Assembly: GCF_000143415.4 (NCBI RefSeq)
Contig: NW_003314267.1
Location: 544,908-608,907, forward strand
Length of the DNA: 64,000 bases
Source of the DNA: Selaginella moellendorffii
Lineage: Eukaryota > Plantae > Lycopodiophyta
Reading direction: 5' to 3'
How positions within the stretch are numbered: the first letter of the stretch is position 1; every line of letters begins with the position of its first letter. Positions 1-12,983 of this stretch are shown here, in pieces. Made by a program: the position numbers and the translations under genes. Below the pieces are notes generated by a model. That model made no database searches and was not told the DNA's origin. It saw only the letters and a list, made by a program, of their open reading frames with translations.

Positions 1-280
1 CTTTACCTTTGCACTTGGTCTGAGTGCTCCACGTGTCCAATCTATAAAAAAAAACCTAAAGGTACTATTGACATATTAGCCTATTACACTAAAGTTATGT
101 CCATTCACCTTCATCTCATTGGTAACCATCTATATCATAAACTCATCTCTTATGGACTAGGCCATATATCCATGAGTGGTCATTCTTTGACTATACCTTA
201 GCACCCTTAGGATGTCAAGAGACATAGAGAACACCCTTCTTAATATCCTTTTTTCAATCCCCACTAAGTTACACTCTGTC
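1..280. repeat. Left arm of a long diverged inverted repeat (partner ~8660-8950)
   Basis: 1-125 (ctttgcacttggtc...aaaggtactattgaca...ctcattggta) and 170-250 match the reverse complement of 8945-8690; the arm probably continues beyond the window start. Confidence 0.8.
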
Positions 281-479
281 GTAGATACAAATCCCTGAGC
301 CATGAGTGTAACATGGTTGGACTAAAAGTTTTGACTTTGAAAGTGAGAGCAGAAGTGGAACTCTTCATGAAGGGCTTGAAGAATGAGCATGAATGATCAA
401 TAAGTGAGCCCTTAGAAAGAGGCACAAGAGGATTAACACATGACATATGGAAGTGTCAAGACTAAGTCTGAGAAGGAGT

Positions 480-660
480 CTAAAATGCAGTCCAAGTTGG
501 AGTCCAAGATGGACTTGAGATGGACCTAAGATGGAGTCCGACATGGGCACAAGATGGAGTTTGAGATGGACCTAAGATGGATTCTGAAAAGGAGTTAGAG
601 ATGGGCTTGAGATGGAGTTTGAGATAGACTCAAGATGGAGTCCAAGAAAGAGTTTGAGAT
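480..660 (+). repeat. Degenerate 6/12-bp tandem repeat (GAGATG/GAGTCC/AAGATG), left half of an array split by the LTR retrotransposon
   Basis: Recurrent aagatggagtcc/gagatggagttt units; the array resumes at 7675. Confidence 0.85.
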
Positions 661-1774
661 TATAGCACATGTGGTTTTTACCCTTTATCCTATGGTGATT
701 TACCATAGGATAACCACAAAGCAGAACTTAAGCCCTCTATGTGCCACATGTTATATGCCACGTGTCCAAAAGACAGTGGTGTGGAACCCAAATTTCAAAG
801 CCTTGGGCCATTGAATGAAGGAACAGTGCCAAACTCCTAATCTAGAAGCCAAGGAGTGAAGGAACTGGACCACAGAGTAACTCCCGAGCATATAGCTTAA
901 GGAGCGAAGGGATAGGAGCATGGAGCGACTTGGAATGGTCCTAAAGCATCCAACATCCCAATGCCAGAATCAACATGCAAAATGGAGTCAAATGGAATTT
1001 GGCGCTATTTTAGCATACCAATGGCCTAATATGAGAATATAGGTACTTCACCAATTAGCATGGTATGGAATTTGGGCTTAAACCCAAGCCTGATGTAGAA
1101 CAAGGATAGGCACACGAGTGGGAGGTAAACTATGCCTCAGGTTAGTTGGCCATACCCGACCTACCCACTATCCCTACTGTACATTTAGAACCCCCCCTGA
1201 GGAACACATGCTTTGGGCTTTCACCCCAAGCCTCCCTTAGTATCAAGAGTTAGTCTCTAGGACAAGCTCGAAACTTACTAAATATAGAATGTCCTTAAAT
1301 TGTGAATTTGGACATAGGACAAACACCGTTGTGTTTAGAACAATCTCTACATTCCATAGATATGCCAAATAAGTAAATCTAGACACTTTCGATAAATAGC
1401 ATTTGAGACCAAAATGAGACTAACACAAAGGGTATGATAGCAAGGGTGTTTGGCAAACATAGTAAGCTATCATTTAGCAAATATTGAGGGACCAAGCTCA
1501 ATATCACGGGGGTTCTTAATACTAGCAAGTGCAAGCTAGTGACACAAGTTTCTCAAACCAAACCGAATATGCTCAACAAGAAACACATAGGGTTCCTACC
1601 TTATGTTTATCCAATCTAAGTACATAGTCATTGACTAGTTTCCCAACTAGCTCAAATGGGAACTGATAATAGGTCTAGCAATACTAACCTTTTACTGTCG
1701 TGGTAGTAAGGAAAGAATATCCAAAAGGACTAGCTGACAGGTAACTTTTGATACCTAAAGTCACATTCACGATA
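661..1774 (-). repeat. 3' LTR
   Basis: Aligns by eye with 6571-7674; abuts the PPT. Confidence 0.88.
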
Positions 1775-4700
1775 CTCTCCCCCCTTACGGAAGATTAACG
1801 TCCTTGTTGATGCATACTCTAGTATATACCACCAACAAAGAAACAACTTTAGAAAAAATTCACGGTAATCACATTATGTGAAAAATGCATCAACTTAAAT
1901 GAGTTAAGGTAGCCTTTGCATCTAACGCAAATGTGCTACCAACTCAAACACCTTCCGGCCATCGCCAACAAGGAAATGACTAATGGAGTTAGTCACCCTT
2001 GTTGCTCTGGGTGTCACCCAACTTACAAAAGTGTGATATGCCCTTACCCACAGAGATATAGAGAGAAAAAATAAAGGCCCCAACCTTCCTAAGCAAAGAA
2101 ACCAAACTTGTCAGTAAAGTTTAGATAGACTACTGTAAATAGGTAGTTAAAGTTGTTTACACGGTCACACCCTTTTAACAGAATAGGAACATCGACAAAG
2201 AGGTGGGTGATATGACTAATCGACAATAGCTACCCCATGACTAAAGATTTCACCATGTATACGAAGTGCCAAAAACAATCTACTTATACTGGCTCAAACT
2301 TAAAGATCAATAGATGGACAATATCAAAGTTATAGACAATGATATCTTAAAGACATAATTATTAGTGAATAAAGCTTAGTTTAGAACACAAAAGTATTCT
2401 AAGTAAGTTATCATTCGATAAACGAGTATTAGAGTACAGGAATCACCAAGAGAAAACTCAAAGATAACACATAACTATCAAAGAATTTAAATAACATGCT
2501 AAACAACTTACAAAAGATAATTAAAAGAACACAAAGTATCATTGACTTGCAAGCACAATACTCGTGAATGTATCACCCGAAGGAAATAACATTCTAATCT
2601 ATCAAAACTAACTTGAGCAATAATAAAAAAAATAGAATGAATGCGGTAAGATCAACAAACATTCATTCATGCTAACTATTATATTAGTCAATCTGAATAG
2701 AATCTGGTCAATAATACTAAGGAATCAAAGTTGCTTAAGCAAGTGTTAACAACATCTTACTAATGTCTTAAACCCAATAGACTAATCTAAAGCAAACCAC
2801 AAAAACATGTAGTATTACGAAAAACTATAAGCCATCAAAGCAAATGACTCGAAAGATCATCAATCATCCCATTAATAAAGAGATGTATAATTATTATTAA
2901 AGAAGGAATCCACCATCCTGAAGAATAACAAATCATTCTATATCAATAATAATCAAGAAAAACTTTTTGACAAAAATAATCAACTATCCTAGATAATAGT
3001 CAATCATCACCAATGATTGCCAAATGCAAATACTAATTTCAACATCGAAGCTAAGGAGCTAAACTGCCTTCCCTAAAAACTTCTAACAAATGGACCACAA
3101 ACATGAAAACTCAAGGAACTAAAAGCTCGAAAAAGCATATAGCCAAGTCTTGTATAACAAATGATCACGAGTCTCACAAGAACTAAGTTCAATGTTAAAG
3201 AAGAAATCATAGTATAACCAATAATATCCTCCTCAACACATCTATAAGCAAAACTTCATAATACTAAAGCTAATAAAGAGCATATTTGCATCAATCCAAA
3301 AGCTACACACAATAAAGCTATGTTTAACAAGTGATCACTAAATGATCCTTCATGAATCCATCTATAGCAAGACGTAACTCGCTTTATAACAAACACAAAA
3401 AAAATCATTAACGATCAATATACTCATACTCAAATCCAACAAGGATTCAAACTTTCTAATATCAATCACTAACTCTTTTTCTCGTAAAGCTAGTATAGTC
3501 CATGACTAAATCACTTTTCAAGGAAAAGCTCAAAACTCAATCTTGACCAAGCAATCTTGTCTAAAACATAACTAACTCAACTTGCCACTCAATTAATTTG
3601 AATGTCAATACAATTGCTAACTAGTAAATGTACAAATGCTAATAACACAAAGTTATAGCCCAAATAATCAACACTATTTTCATCAAGACTAATGAAACTT
3701 AACATCAATTCTAAGGAGAGACATTTGATTTCACTTGAATTTCAATAACAACAATGTCAACGACAAGGCATCACTTCAATGCCATTAACACCATAACAAA
3801 GCTAGAAAAAAGCAAGAGTGAATCACCACTTAAAACTCTTTAGCAACCAAGCTAATTAAAGTCGAAGATACATTAGTTAGTATCTGAAACTAATCTTCCA
3901 ACAATACTCAGTTTCAGATAACACATCATCAAGGAGTGATTCACCACATCCAAGACTCAATGAAATCCAACACCACAGACTAAATATAACCAAATGACAT
4001 CATCAAAGGTAGAATTAATATGTCAACATGGAAAAACCATGCAAGTCTAACGACACGATCTTCCGCAACACTATCTGGTAAAGCAAGCCCATCATTGATA
4101 AATCTTTATTGAGCGAAGCAAGTGTTAAATAGTCCTTGACGAAGTCTACAAGTAATCACTAGTCACAAAACAACTAACAATCACTCTTCAACTTATTTTC
4201 ATAAGACTTAAACATTAAACTAATGTCATCAAGTTATATGCTTGTCCAATGTGAACATAATACCTCAGGTACGAGATATAGGAACATGAACAAGCACGAA
4301 CTAAATGACCATTCAAATCCAACTCAACCATAATAAACTCACTAATGCGTTTAGCCAATAGCTCTAAGCATACCTTGAAAAGGCTAGCTATGCATAATCA
4401 ACACTCAGTCGAAACTAAAGTGAAGACCATGAGATGGATTTATATTGGTACACAACCTCCTTAGAGATAAAGCTATAGTACAGGTACTAACATCTCAACC
4501 TCAAACAATTAAGTTGGACATCACCATCCTCAACCAAGGCGTAGGGCCACCAAAACCAAGTCAAAATCAGTGAGAGCTCACTATTTTCATAGAGTCTAAT
4601 GAAATGCAAAGTGTAACTTGCCACTAAACATAACACTACATAAGAAAAACACAAGGATCACCTTTCTAGAAAAGCGCAATAGCCACTTTTCTACACCAAC

Positions 4701-6570
4701 TTTAGACTCTATCCAACTCAATTGCTTTAGCCTCAAAAGTTAACATCTCTTTAAGGTCTAAACCAACCAAAGTCAACTCCACCCCCTTCACTAGTTTGTA
4801 CTGGCTTATGAAAATGGAATGGTTTTCGAGCCAAGTAATCAATAAATTAGTTATCGGAAAAGCCTAAAAAAATTTGTGGAAAATTTTCCATCCTAAAAAA
4901 AGAATGACTCTCCATCTAAGAATACAAATTTTTAAGACTTAACCAATTTCCTCCTACCAAAAACTTCATCCTCAACTACAACACTTTTTCCATCCAACAA
5001 TCTACTCTAAGTGCTAACAAATCAACTAACGAACTATAGCAAATGAATGCTACAACCTTTTCTAACACTTTATGGGCAAACCCTCAAGGAAACAAGGTAC
5101 CAACATAAGCTTAGTATATCATAGATCACTATTGAGAATTTAGTCAAAGCTACTATAATGCTATTATGTGCAAGTAGACTAGCTTCACTATTAACCACTT
5201 TGGGGTTAATCATCATTTAACCAAGCAACTTTGTAAACACATTACTCACTATCACATGGATTTGATATAAAAATCACAATAACTTGATCATCAATAGAGC
5301 AATACCACAAATAATGCCCATTGACATCGCTAGCACTTATGTTAGTAAAAGTGGCATTGTTATTTCGAGTGATGAGGAATTTTCCTTGGATCTTGATTTT
5401 TCAAGTCATTTTTTTTGTTAATGTATTGGCTTCATATTGGATTTTGAAGGTGATTGAAAAAGAGTGTTAGTGCAATGTGTATATCTAAAGATATGGCCTT
5501 CGTGATCAAGCCTTGGATGTTCATCTTGCATTTTGCAAATGTCAGTGTTGGATGTTAGAAAAATGGGCAAAATGTTTGATGCTTAAACGTATTATTGAGT
5601 CATGAGAATTTGTGTTGAGGTGAACTTATCATGTCACTACTACAAGGTTTATATGAGTACCAAGTGCCAACTCAATTCAACAAAATGCAATATAAATGCA
5701 CATTCCATCAATAGAGATTTTTAACACTCAATACCACTAACTTTTGTTCACATCACAGACAAGCTCATGCCACTCTCTTTCCGACCAAACTCAAAACTAA
5801 TCTAACACCAAGCTATTCAAGGAGTAATAGCAAAGTTCCCCCAAAAAGAATTGAGCATTGCAACCCAAGTCTTCAATAGCAAGCCTAGACAAAATGGTTT
5901 AGCGTTTCATTGCTATCCATCCCATGACTCACCACTTGTAAGACCATCACTTTCAACATGCATCAAGGTAAGAACTCTTGATTGCATGATGTGAACACAG
6001 GCAATGAGTCACACCTTGTTGCGAATCATCTTTCCAAGAAGAGAAGATGATTTACATGTTTGATCATTTATCCCTGATAACTCTCTTTTTGATCTTATGC
6101 TTTCCCATTGCCTTCAATCCAATCCAAAAAAAGTTTATAAGAAAGCATGGCAATGATTACTTGAACCAATGGACTACTCCCTATAATCTTGATTGGTTCA
6201 CTTATAATCATGCCTAGAAAGAATCCACTAGTGCCGTGCTAAACCAGCCTATTTGCCACTCATAGCAAACACAGGGAAGGTTTACTTTCACCCATGGTAC
6301 AAGGAACAACTCATGGAACCACTAATAGACTAATATTAATTTTGCCAACTTAAAGTGTGATCTTGAATTGCTAATATGCCTCACTCACGAGCCCAAGTGC
6401 AAACTCGTGCAAATGGAACAAAAAGGTAATTAAATTCATACCCAAGGAACGAATGCAAAGCCTTTGCACCCAAACATGTACCCACTTGGATCATAGTTTT
6501 CATCTCTACGTATGCAACGAAATTAGTCTCATTGGATAGTACTCACCAAGACGTATCTTCTGATACCAAA

Positions 6571-7674
6571 TGTAGTGCACATGGTTTTTACCCTTTATCC
6601 TATGGTGATTTACTATAGGATAACCACGAAGCAGAACCTAAACCCTCCATGTGCCACATGTCACATGCCACATAATACATGCCACATGTCCAAAGGACAG
6701 TGGTATGGAACCCGAGTTTCAAAGCCTTAGGCCACTGAACGAAGGAACGATGCCAAACTCTTAAGTTAAAAGCCAAGGAGTGAAAGAACCAAACCACAAA
6801 GTAACTCCTGAGCATACAGCCCAAGGAGCGAAGGGACAAGAGCATGGAGTGATTTGGAACAGTCCTAGAACATCCAACATCCCAATACCAGGACCAGTAT
6901 GCAAAACAGAGCCAAATGGAGTTTGGTGCTATTTCAGCATATCGGTGGTTTAATGTGAGGATATAGGTACTCCACCAACTACCATGGTATAGACCTTGGG
7001 TTTAGACCCAAGCCGGATGCAGAATAAGGACAGCCACGCAAGTGGGAGCTAGACTATACTTCAGGTTAGTCAACCATGCCCAACCTACCCACTATCCCTA
7101 CTATACATTTGGAACCCCCCACATGCCCCCTCCTTTGAGGAACACACACTTTGGGCTTTCACATCAAGCCTCCCTTAGTATCAGGAGTTAGTCTTTGGGA
7201 CAAGTTTGAAACTTACTAAATATGGAATGTCCTTAGATTACAAATTTGGATACGGGACAAACACTGTTGTGTTTAAAACAATCTTTACATTCCATAAATA
7301 TGCCAAATGAGCAAATCTAGACACTTTCCATAAATAGCATTTGGGACCAAAATAAGACTAACACAAAGGGCATGATAGCGAGAGTGTTTAGTAGACATAG
7401 TAAGTTATCATCTAATAAATATTGAGGGACCAAGCTCAATATCGCGGTGGTTCTTGATACTAGCAAGTGCAAGCTAGTGACACAAGTTTCTCAAACCAAA
7501 CTGAGTATGCTCAGCAAGAAACACATAGGGTTCTTACCTTATGTTTATCCAATCTAAGTGCATGGTCATTAACTAGTTTCTCAACTAACTCAAGTGGGAA
7601 CTGATAATAGATCCAGCAATACCGACCTTTTACTGTCGTGGCAATAAGGAAAGAATATCCGAACATTTGCGACA
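6571..7674 (-). repeat. 5' LTR
   Basis: TGTAG...GACA termini; abuts the PBS; followed by TSD GAGAT. Confidence 0.9.
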
Positions 7675-7912
7675 GAGATGGAGCCAAGATGGAGTCTGAG
7701 ATGGAGTCCAAAATGGACCTAAGAGAGATGAAGTCAAAGATAGAGCCTGAGGTTGGGTCTAAGACGGAAACTGAAACTAGGACTGAGACGGAGGTAGAGA
7801 CCAAAACCAAGACCGAGATTGAGACCGAGTCTGAGTCCAAGTCTGAATCTGAGTCCAAGTCCAAGTCCGAGTCTAAGTTTGAGTTTGAATCCAAGTCCGA
7901 GTCCAAGTCCAA
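7675..7912 (+). repeat. 6/12-bp tandem repeat (GAGTCC/AAGTCC), right half
   Basis: gagtccaagtcc arrays; these produce the low-complexity ESKSES ORFs. Confidence 0.85.
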
Positions 7913-8021
7913 AGGTGAAAGCATAAAGTGATCGTCTTCCAGACCTTAGGGGGTTTTGTGAGCTCCAAAAGTATAGTAAGGAGGACTTCAGTGGAACTAA
8001 TTTGTGTAAGCTTCTGAGTTT

Positions 8022-8076
8022 GGACTTCCCGGGAGGTCACCCAGCCCAGTACTATTCAAACCCAAGGACGCTTAAC
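8022..8076 (-). pseudogene. 5S rRNA-derived fragment (internal Pol III control region)
   Basis: Minus strand GTTAAGCGTCCTTGGGTTTGAATAGTACTGGGCTGGGTGACCTCCCGGGAAGTCC closely follows plant 5S GTTAAGCGTGCTTGGGCGAGAGTAGTACTAGGATGGGTGACCTCCTGGGAAGTCC; the 5S 5' part and 3' end are absent. Confidence 0.85.
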
Positions 8077-8659
8077 CCCAAATATCCCAAGACCCTTAAC
8101 CGATTGGAAAAGGGGGTGTACTCTTATTCATGGGCCCTTTCCCTCTATATTTGAACCCTATGGACCGTCTCTCGAGTCGTTCCCTTTGGTTGCTTACAAT
8201 TTGGCTAGGAAAGGCCAGTGTGACCAAGGAAAGGTATACCCACGTGGTGGGTGATGATATAACCATTGAAGAGTTCAAAGTTAAAGTGAATAAGGATGGA
8301 CAAGTGGGATAACTTGGTGAAGTGTTCAAAAGCCAACTTTAACTCCTCTAGGAGATCAAATGGTCAATGCTCTCAATCCAAATGTAGGTGGCACTACCTA
8401 CTTGGATACTTGGTATAGCTCATTGGAACCTCACTTTAGCCACACCTAGGGCACCTAAGGGCTTAAAGTGGGGAGAGTACCCACAAGGCTCACGTAACCA
8501 TAGTGTTTCGAAATGTTGCCCAAAAGTCTTGGATTATAAAAAAGATGAGGAGCAATCTTCTTGTGTAGTGACCAAAGATATAGTGTTTTAAAGGTCAATG
8601 GGACTTAGTGGGTAGGCCTTCGAGCCCTAACTCAATAGTGGTGTTGGCAAGCACAATTA

Positions 8660-8950
8660 TCGATAGAAAGGGACTTAATGAGAACCAAAGAAGGGATATT
8701 AAGGAAGGGTGTTCACCATATCTTTAAGCATCCTAAGATGCTAAGGTGTGGTCATGGGATGACCACTCATAAATTGATGGCCCAGTTTTGGAAAAATAGG
8801 ACTATGGTATGGGTGGTTTTGGACTACCAATGAGACAAGGGTAAATGGTCATAATCTTAGTGTAACAGATTGAGATGTCAATGGTACCTTTGGGGTGTCA
8901 GTCATGGGATCAAACATGTAAAGCACTTGGACCAAGTGCAAAGGGTGAGT
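8660..8950. repeat. Right arm of long inverted repeat (partner 1-280)
   Basis: Reverse-complement similarity to the window start. Confidence 0.8.
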
Positions 8951-9078
8951 GGCATAGATGTTATTTAGTATGTCCCTAAGTTGGAAATAGGACTTATGAA
9001 GGTTGTGAGTAAAACTCTTCCAAATAGTCAAAGATGTGGTTAAATGACTAAAGTAGAGAGGAAAATTTAGTTGCTTAC

Positions 9079-9989
9079 TATAGTGCATCTGAATTTGGAG
9101 CCGAACTCCAAGCCCGTTGTGCTACAAAACGAGGGTCCGGTACAATCCCATGAGCACCAGCTCCCTATATCCAACACCTGCACGCAAAATGGTGTTAGAT
9201 GGAGTCTAGCACTATTTTGGCATACCGGTGGCCTAATGTGAGGAGGAGGGTACCCCACTGACTAGAGTAGTATGGAGCTTGGGCTTAGACCCAAGCCAGA
9301 CGTAAAACAAGGAGTGATATAGCCTAGCGGAAGCTAAACTAATGTCTAAGGTGGTCAAACATGCATTCCAACCACTATCCCTACTATACATTTGGAACCC
9401 CCCATAGCCCCCTGCCCCCCCCCCCGTGAAGAACATGCTTTGGGCTTTCACCCCAAGCCTCCCTTAGTACCAGGAGTTAGTCTCTGGGACCAACTTGAAA
9501 CTTACTAAATATGGAATGGTACTAGATTGTGAATTTGGACATGGGACAAACACCATTGTGTTCAGGCCAACCTCTACATTTCGTAGATATGCCAAATGAG
9601 CGAATCTAGATACTTTCCATACTGAAATGAGACTAACACAAAAGGCGTGATAGCGAGGGTGTTTGGCAAACACAGTAATCTATCATCCGGTGATATTAAG
9701 GGACTAATCTCAATACGCGAGGGTTCTTGCTAAGCTAGTGCAAGACAAAACAAAAGAGAACTAACAAGTCGGGCCAAGTATGTTTGGCTAAATAGACACT
9801 TAGGAATTCCTTCCTTATGCTCATCCGGTTAAGTACAGATGCTAAGTCCAGTTTACTAACACTTGGACAAGAGGGGTTAATAAAGGGAACTAGCAGTAGC
9901 AACCTCCTACCGTCGTGGCAGTAAGGAAAAAGTGCCCATAAGGAGTAACTGACAAATATCTTTCAATACCCGAAGTCACATTCGTGACA
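9079..9989 (-). mobile_element. Solo LTR of the same family as 661-7674
   Basis: Homologous to both LTRs; starts TATAGTGCA, ends TTCGTGACA; perfect TSD CTTAC at 9074-9078 and 9990-9994. Confidence 0.9.
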
Positions 9990-11299
9990 CTTACACTCTG
10001 GCAATTATATGTTTTGAAGCCCCTACATGCCCCCCCTGGGCTCTCACCATTTTTGGCATCCCATTCTAAGGAACCTAGGCCCAATCTACTGCAGAGGATG
10101 CTTCAAACTACAACTCAAGGTGCATGCGCACCACAATTTCTAATCTGGACATTTTCCAATTCACTTGCTATTACTATGGAAATCCTTGTTGGTTTTTTCT
10201 CCTCTGCTTAGTGATATGCTTAAACTTAGCAGGTAGCCTTGCCTGACCTGATGGTAGCCTTGCCACTTAATGAAACCCACCATGCACATGTGCACATTAG
10301 TCCACCAAAGTGTCAATACACATAAGGGAGTTCAGCCAACCAGATGAAAGTCACCATGGACAGCCAAGTGCACACCCTACATTGGGCAAGAGAGGCTGAA
10401 TATAAGGTCATTCAGGCAGGCATGCCCTTGGGACTAGCCCTTGTCAGCAAGTCATATTCAAACTGATGATTCATAGAATTCTTCAATTCACATCAGCATA
10501 AGAAACATCAGCTCAAGAATACTTTGAACCTTGTTCTCAAAAAAAGAAAGTTATGTGTATGCTCGATTGTTATACAACCTGCTTGATTTGTGCAGGAAGT
10601 TGCAGAAAAAATGAAAGACAAAGTCAATGAAGATTCAATTTTGTTCAGGTACTAAAGGCAACACTAGGGAAACAACACTTGGACAAAATGTGAGTGACCA
10701 TGTGTGAGGCAATGCTGGAGAGACAACACTCTAAAGGCATTGTATGGAGGTAACACATAGAAACACTTGGAGGTAATATAGAAAGACAACATTAGAAACA
10801 CTTTGAGTAAATGCATGGTAGCAATAATGGACACAATAATAGAGGTAAGACTTAGAGGCAAAGAAAATGCATGGAGGTAACAACGGTGGCAACAAGAGAG
10901 GTGACACATGGAAGTAATATATAGAGGTTGTTGTTCTTGAGATAGTTTCACTTGAGAGTTTCACTTTGTATTTTTTAGACTTTAATGGACAGGGGAATAA
11001 ATATATATACATTACATCAAATCTTATCCCTTAAACATTCATTTTGCATGGTTAATAGTATAAGTAGATGAGATGTTTACATGATAGTTGGTAAAAAGTT
11101 TTTAGAAATCTAAACATTCACACTTAGGTTTTATTTTAAAGTTACTTTTATAAACATTTCTTTTGTTATTTAGAAGAAGATCTTCATTGTCCCTATTTGT
11201 TGTATATGTCGACAATTTAATTAATGTTTTCTTTCAATAACTTCCCACTTTTGTATGTGTTAAAATTTTCAATGCATACTTTCTAATGTGGTTTGGAAT

Positions 11300-12440
11300 C
11301 TTGATTTAATATGCAATGTAAGGATTTCCTTCAGTTGGACTTGTATTTCATTGTGTTTGGAGTTTTATTGTGAAGGACAGGACTGCCTATTCCAAGAAGA
11401 ATTGAGTCTTGACAACCAAATACTTGTGGTGTCATGTGATCTATTACTTGTGCCTTTGCAGTCAAAATGCCAAGTGGAGTAGGCATTTGAACAGACTAAT
11501 CTTTAACTAGGATGGGTTCTATTAGCATTTGCAATTGCATTTGACCTTGTCATCCATCCAAAACTTGAAGCACAAACTCTACTTTATTGAGATTATATAG
11601 CTCTTCAAGGTTGATCACTATAGAATTAAAAGGCCTAGAATGTTTTAGTGTCTTTGTATATCTAGAACCATGTCACACTTGGTATCTTGGAAGTTCCTCT
11701 ATACATATTCTCCTTTTGTGTTCCAGATAGCAATAGCATATGACCTTCCTATTTAGTATACAATGTAAAGCCTAATATGACTCATGAAGTTCCTCCTTGA
11801 CAATGTTGATTATGACATTTTATTGTTATGGTTGAAATTCAAAATGTTTTGCAATAATAAATCTTGCCTTTGGGATGTTAACAATGGTGAATTTTGGCTC
11901 GTGCATGTCATCCATGCTTATTCCTACCCGCTTGATATACATCATCTTTTGGTTTCCACTCAAACCACTCTAATCTGACGTGATTATGATTTTTTGAGGA
12001 ATTATATTGAAGTTTGGAGCATTAGCTGCACGTTTCTTTGTGCTTCCTAGTGTACCACTCCTATTATAAAACTTCTGCAAACTTGGACTTGAATTACCTC
12101 TAAAAACAATTTGTAATTCATGCATAATTATTAGTTCCTTTGACATATCTTGAGAGCACTGGTTGTACCAATTTCTTTATAGCACTCCAACTTGAGACAA
12201 AGGAAACAGATGGGAACAGTTCAAGACAAGATTTATCTATCTTACCCAGGATGGGAATAGTCAAAGACAAGATGTATCCAGGTCTCTTGTGTTGTTTGCA
12301 TGGAGTTTTTTCATTCCGCCAGACAATTTACACACGCATTTGTGCAAACTTTGGAGTGGCAATGGCTTTTGCAACTATAAAAACCTCCAGCTTTGGGCCT
12401 GAATCGGGCCTGAATTCATCCAGCTAAGTGTTTTTTAAAT
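11300..12440 (-). pseudogene. Decayed coding-like sequence of unknown family
   Basis: Manual translation gives long protein-like stretches with sparse stops (LDEFRPDSGPKLEVFIVAKAIATPKFAQMRV*IVWRNEK...LVQPVLSRYVKG); family not recognised. Confidence 0.35.
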
Positions 12441-12983
12441 ACTTCTAAGCAAAATTCTTTTGAGATATATATGGCTTGACAGCGTGAAGGAAATATTTAA
12501 CAAGAAACAGTGCTGGCAAAACCTGAGTGCCATTTGTTTGCAGACTGATATCCATTCCAGTTGAAGAATCTCAGTGCTTCAACCTAGTACACAAAGCTAC
12601 AAGTCAGCCCAAAGAGAGTACCTTCCCGAAAAGCTTATTGACCTCCCATCTGAACAAGGAAGTCCTGCGAACTCGGAAACAGCGTTAAGCCGTTGCTTGG
12701 TCTGCTGCCTTCACCTCCAAGTCCGCGACAGCGTTAAGCCGTTTCGCTCCTCACCATCTGACTCCAAGTACAACTCGGCCCCTTGCCAGGAAATCGCGAT
12801 TCTGGTTAGCCAGCCCAGGATCCGCTGCACAGCAGTGAGTGCATCCTGAACTGGCATGCAAGAAGAAGATAACCTTCTTATACTCGGGGATCCCCCCAGA
12901 TCGCCCTGAGCAAGCAGCTCTAGAGTCTTTTTTCTGTTTATGTAAGTTTTCGTTGTTTAATCACAAACTTAACTTTTTCTAGT

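Larger units (their letters stand above)
661..7674 (-). mobile_element. Full-length but heavily decayed LTR retrotransposon (probably Ty3/gypsy)
   Basis: Two ~1.1-kb direct repeats (661-1774, 6571-7674); reverse-complement tRNA-Met PBS (cttctgatacca, ~6557-6568) next to the right LTR; reverse-complement PPT (ctctcccccctta, 1775-1787) next to the left LTR; perfect 5-bp TSD GAGAT at 656-660 and 7675-7679; no long ORF left in the internal region. Confidence 0.9.

Noticed and set aside
7511-7931. ESKSES / DSDLDS ORFs as genes
   Set aside because: By-products of a 6-bp tandem repeat straddling an LTR end
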